DNA of 40,686 nucleotides from a virus: the IMG/VR virus record IMGVR_UViG_3300005534_000007; one strand, written 5' to 3'. The position numbers and the translations under genes are program-made. Shown one piece after another: positions 39,545 to 40,686 of the stretch. Within the stretch, counting starts at the first letter, position 1. Each line of letters opens with the position of its first letter. The notes beneath the pieces are model-generated. The model was not told the origin of the DNA. It searched no databases and worked only from the letters and a program-made list of their open reading frames with translations.

Positions 39545-40167
39545 AAGCTAGCCGCTCCCATGAAAATTGATTTCCTTGTACTTACGGGCATAGCATCAAG
39601 TCTTTGGATGGTCGTATCGGCAACCATTGATCCGTAGTACTGACCAGCGCCATCTGAGCCCGTCTTGATGGATTTGTCCATGGTGAGGCGGTGATAGAAT
39701 TTGCGTTTGATTTGCTCTGCTAGATAGCGAGGACCATGAACAGGAGTGTTGACTGGGACGGCCCATTCTTCGGCTGGCATACCAGCAAATGGCTTCGTCC
39801 AAATCTCGATTGATTCTCCTATAATTTCTTTATGCTCGGCTATGAAATAGACGTATTCTTTGGCGAAGTTATATTCTTCCCTGTATCTCTCATTGAACGG
39901 CTCTCTCGTCGAAACAGAACGTTTGGGTTTAAGGTAGATGTCTTTGCTTTTTCTAATATCATCAGAGGAAAGCTTAGTTTGCGGCTCCTGCTCTTCTCTT
40001 GGAAGATTACGACTCCTATCTAACTCAATGCCTTTGACTTGAGCAGTGAATTGATCGATCTGTTCCGCGGCTTTATCCAGTTCTTTTTGCCCTAAGGAAT
40101 TTACGGCAGGTCGTGGGCGCTTACCTGTGAAATCTTCAAAACTTGCGCTATCTTTTTCTTCTGACAT
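39541..40167 (-). CDS. Virion-associated protein, unknown role
   Basis: 208 aa with a charged N-terminal half and a conserved-looking C-terminal half (WTKPFAGMPAEEWAVPVNTPVHGPRY). Confidence 0.5.
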   Translation of the reverse strand: MSEEKDSASFEDFTGKRPRPAVNSLGQKELDKAAEQIDQFTAQVKGIELDRSRNLPREEQEPQTKLSSDDIRKSKDIYLKPKRSVSTREPFNERYREEYNFAKEYVYFIAEHKEIIGESIEIWTKPFAGMPAEEWAVPVNTPVHGPRYLAEQIKRKFYHRLTMDKSIKTGSDGAGQYYGSMVADTTIQRLDAMPVSTRKSIFMGAASL

Positions 40168-40255
40168 TTTAACCTATACGGGTGGTGTTAAATTATTTTT
40201 TTACACCCTAAGGTCAATCTACCATTTCAAATAATAATTTGTTAAAGTCTTTTTT

Positions 40256-40684
40256 TTAATTAGGCGAAATATCGACGAAGGCACCCGGTATATAGGTTCC
40301 GTTCATCACGCGGCCAGTTGGATTCACAGTACCTGTGTTTATATCACCAACTGCTATGATCTGAGCAACTGTCGTAGCAGAGCTGGAAATGAAGGGATCT
40401 ACGTCTAGAGATGAGTCTATATCTAACACAACTTGATTAGCCGCTGGGATGGATATCACATATCCTTCCTGCTCATTTAGTTGGACACAACCAAATGATG
40501 GAGGAATAAGCAATCTAACGAGCTGCCCGATGACGTAATTCATATTGACGGTCGTAGTGATGGTTGTAGTCTCGCCAAGTGAAACAGCTGATATAACGAA
40601 CCTACTTGGCTTGTAATATTGTGGATTAATTGGAACGTTATTGTAGGGAGCTACAGGACCAGGGTACGGGTATGGAAATGCCAT
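40256..40684 (-). CDS. Virion structural protein, single FCCH-type domain; paralog of the C-terminal half of ORF 187..1332
   Basis: 142 aa. YPYPGP..., NYVIGQLVRLLIPPSF, VGDINTG and PGAFV align with YPYLYLP, HNLVVGQEVAFRIPSV, VGDVNTG and QGAFF of the 381-aa protein. Confidence 0.55.
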   Translation of the reverse strand: MAFPYPYPGPVAPYNNVPINPQYYKPSRFVISAVSLGETTTITTTVNMNYVIGQLVRLLIPPSFGCVQLNEQEGYVISIPAANQVVLDIDSSLDVDPFISSSATTVAQIIAVGDINTGTVNPTGRVMNGTYIPGAFVDISPN

Positions 40685-40686
40685 AT
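40577..40686. repeat. Terminal direct repeat (right copy), identical to 1-110
   Basis: 110/110 identity. Confidence 0.95.

Overview
The window is a complete tailed-phage genome that closes on itself. Bases 1-110 are identical to 40577-40686, so the unique length is 40,576 bp. I found no tRNA, rRNA, CRISPR array, integrase, transposase, reverse transcriptase, or DNA or RNA polymerase.

Layout:
- One long minus-strand virion operon runs from terL (10204) through a SPOUT-methyltransferase island, portal, small head-module proteins, scaffold and major capsid protein. It continues across the circular junction through about ten tail and ejection-protein genes to 30954.
- The same strand resumes with five tail-fibre/spike genes (29921-25251).
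- I recognise no tape-measure, tube or sheath protein, so a podovirus-like virion is inferred.
- The remainder is a mosaic of blocks:
  - (A) 10296-17842 (+): about 30 small accessory genes. They include tandem paralogs, small membrane peptides, a calcineurin-type metallophosphoesterase, a STAS-like protein and a DUF551 pair.
  - (B) 19801-17823 (-): Cro-like HTH, a double excisionase-type HTH protein, RusA and a TerS-like protein.
  - (C) 19891-22907 (+): PD-(D/E)XK nuclease, a Gp157-like protein and an SSB-like protein.
  - (D) 23699-22876 (-): two unknown genes.
  - (E) 23999-25245 (+): an HTH replication-initiator-like protein and a small lipoprotein.

Most unusual items:
1. A plus-strand island (30029-30948) splits the virion operon. 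It encodes an RHH regulator, a 98-aa protein, an overlapping (X-Gly)35 peptide built from a 76% G+C hexanucleotide array, and a 28-aa hydrophobic peptide. 18-bp direct repeats bracket the middle two genes.
2. A diverged duplicate of the terL 3' end is fused to a new N-terminus. It borders a cassette of a Zn-ribbon protein and a minimal SPOUT RNA methyltransferase lying between terL and portal.
3. Three fibre genes share an N-terminal anchor domain, and C-terminal domains are shuffled among them.
4. A nested multi-stem element of about 140 nt lies upstream of the initiator gene.
5. Short direct repeats at gene junctions in the accessory block look like cassette-exchange scars.

All family assignments come from motif recognition by eye. 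None has been checked by database search.
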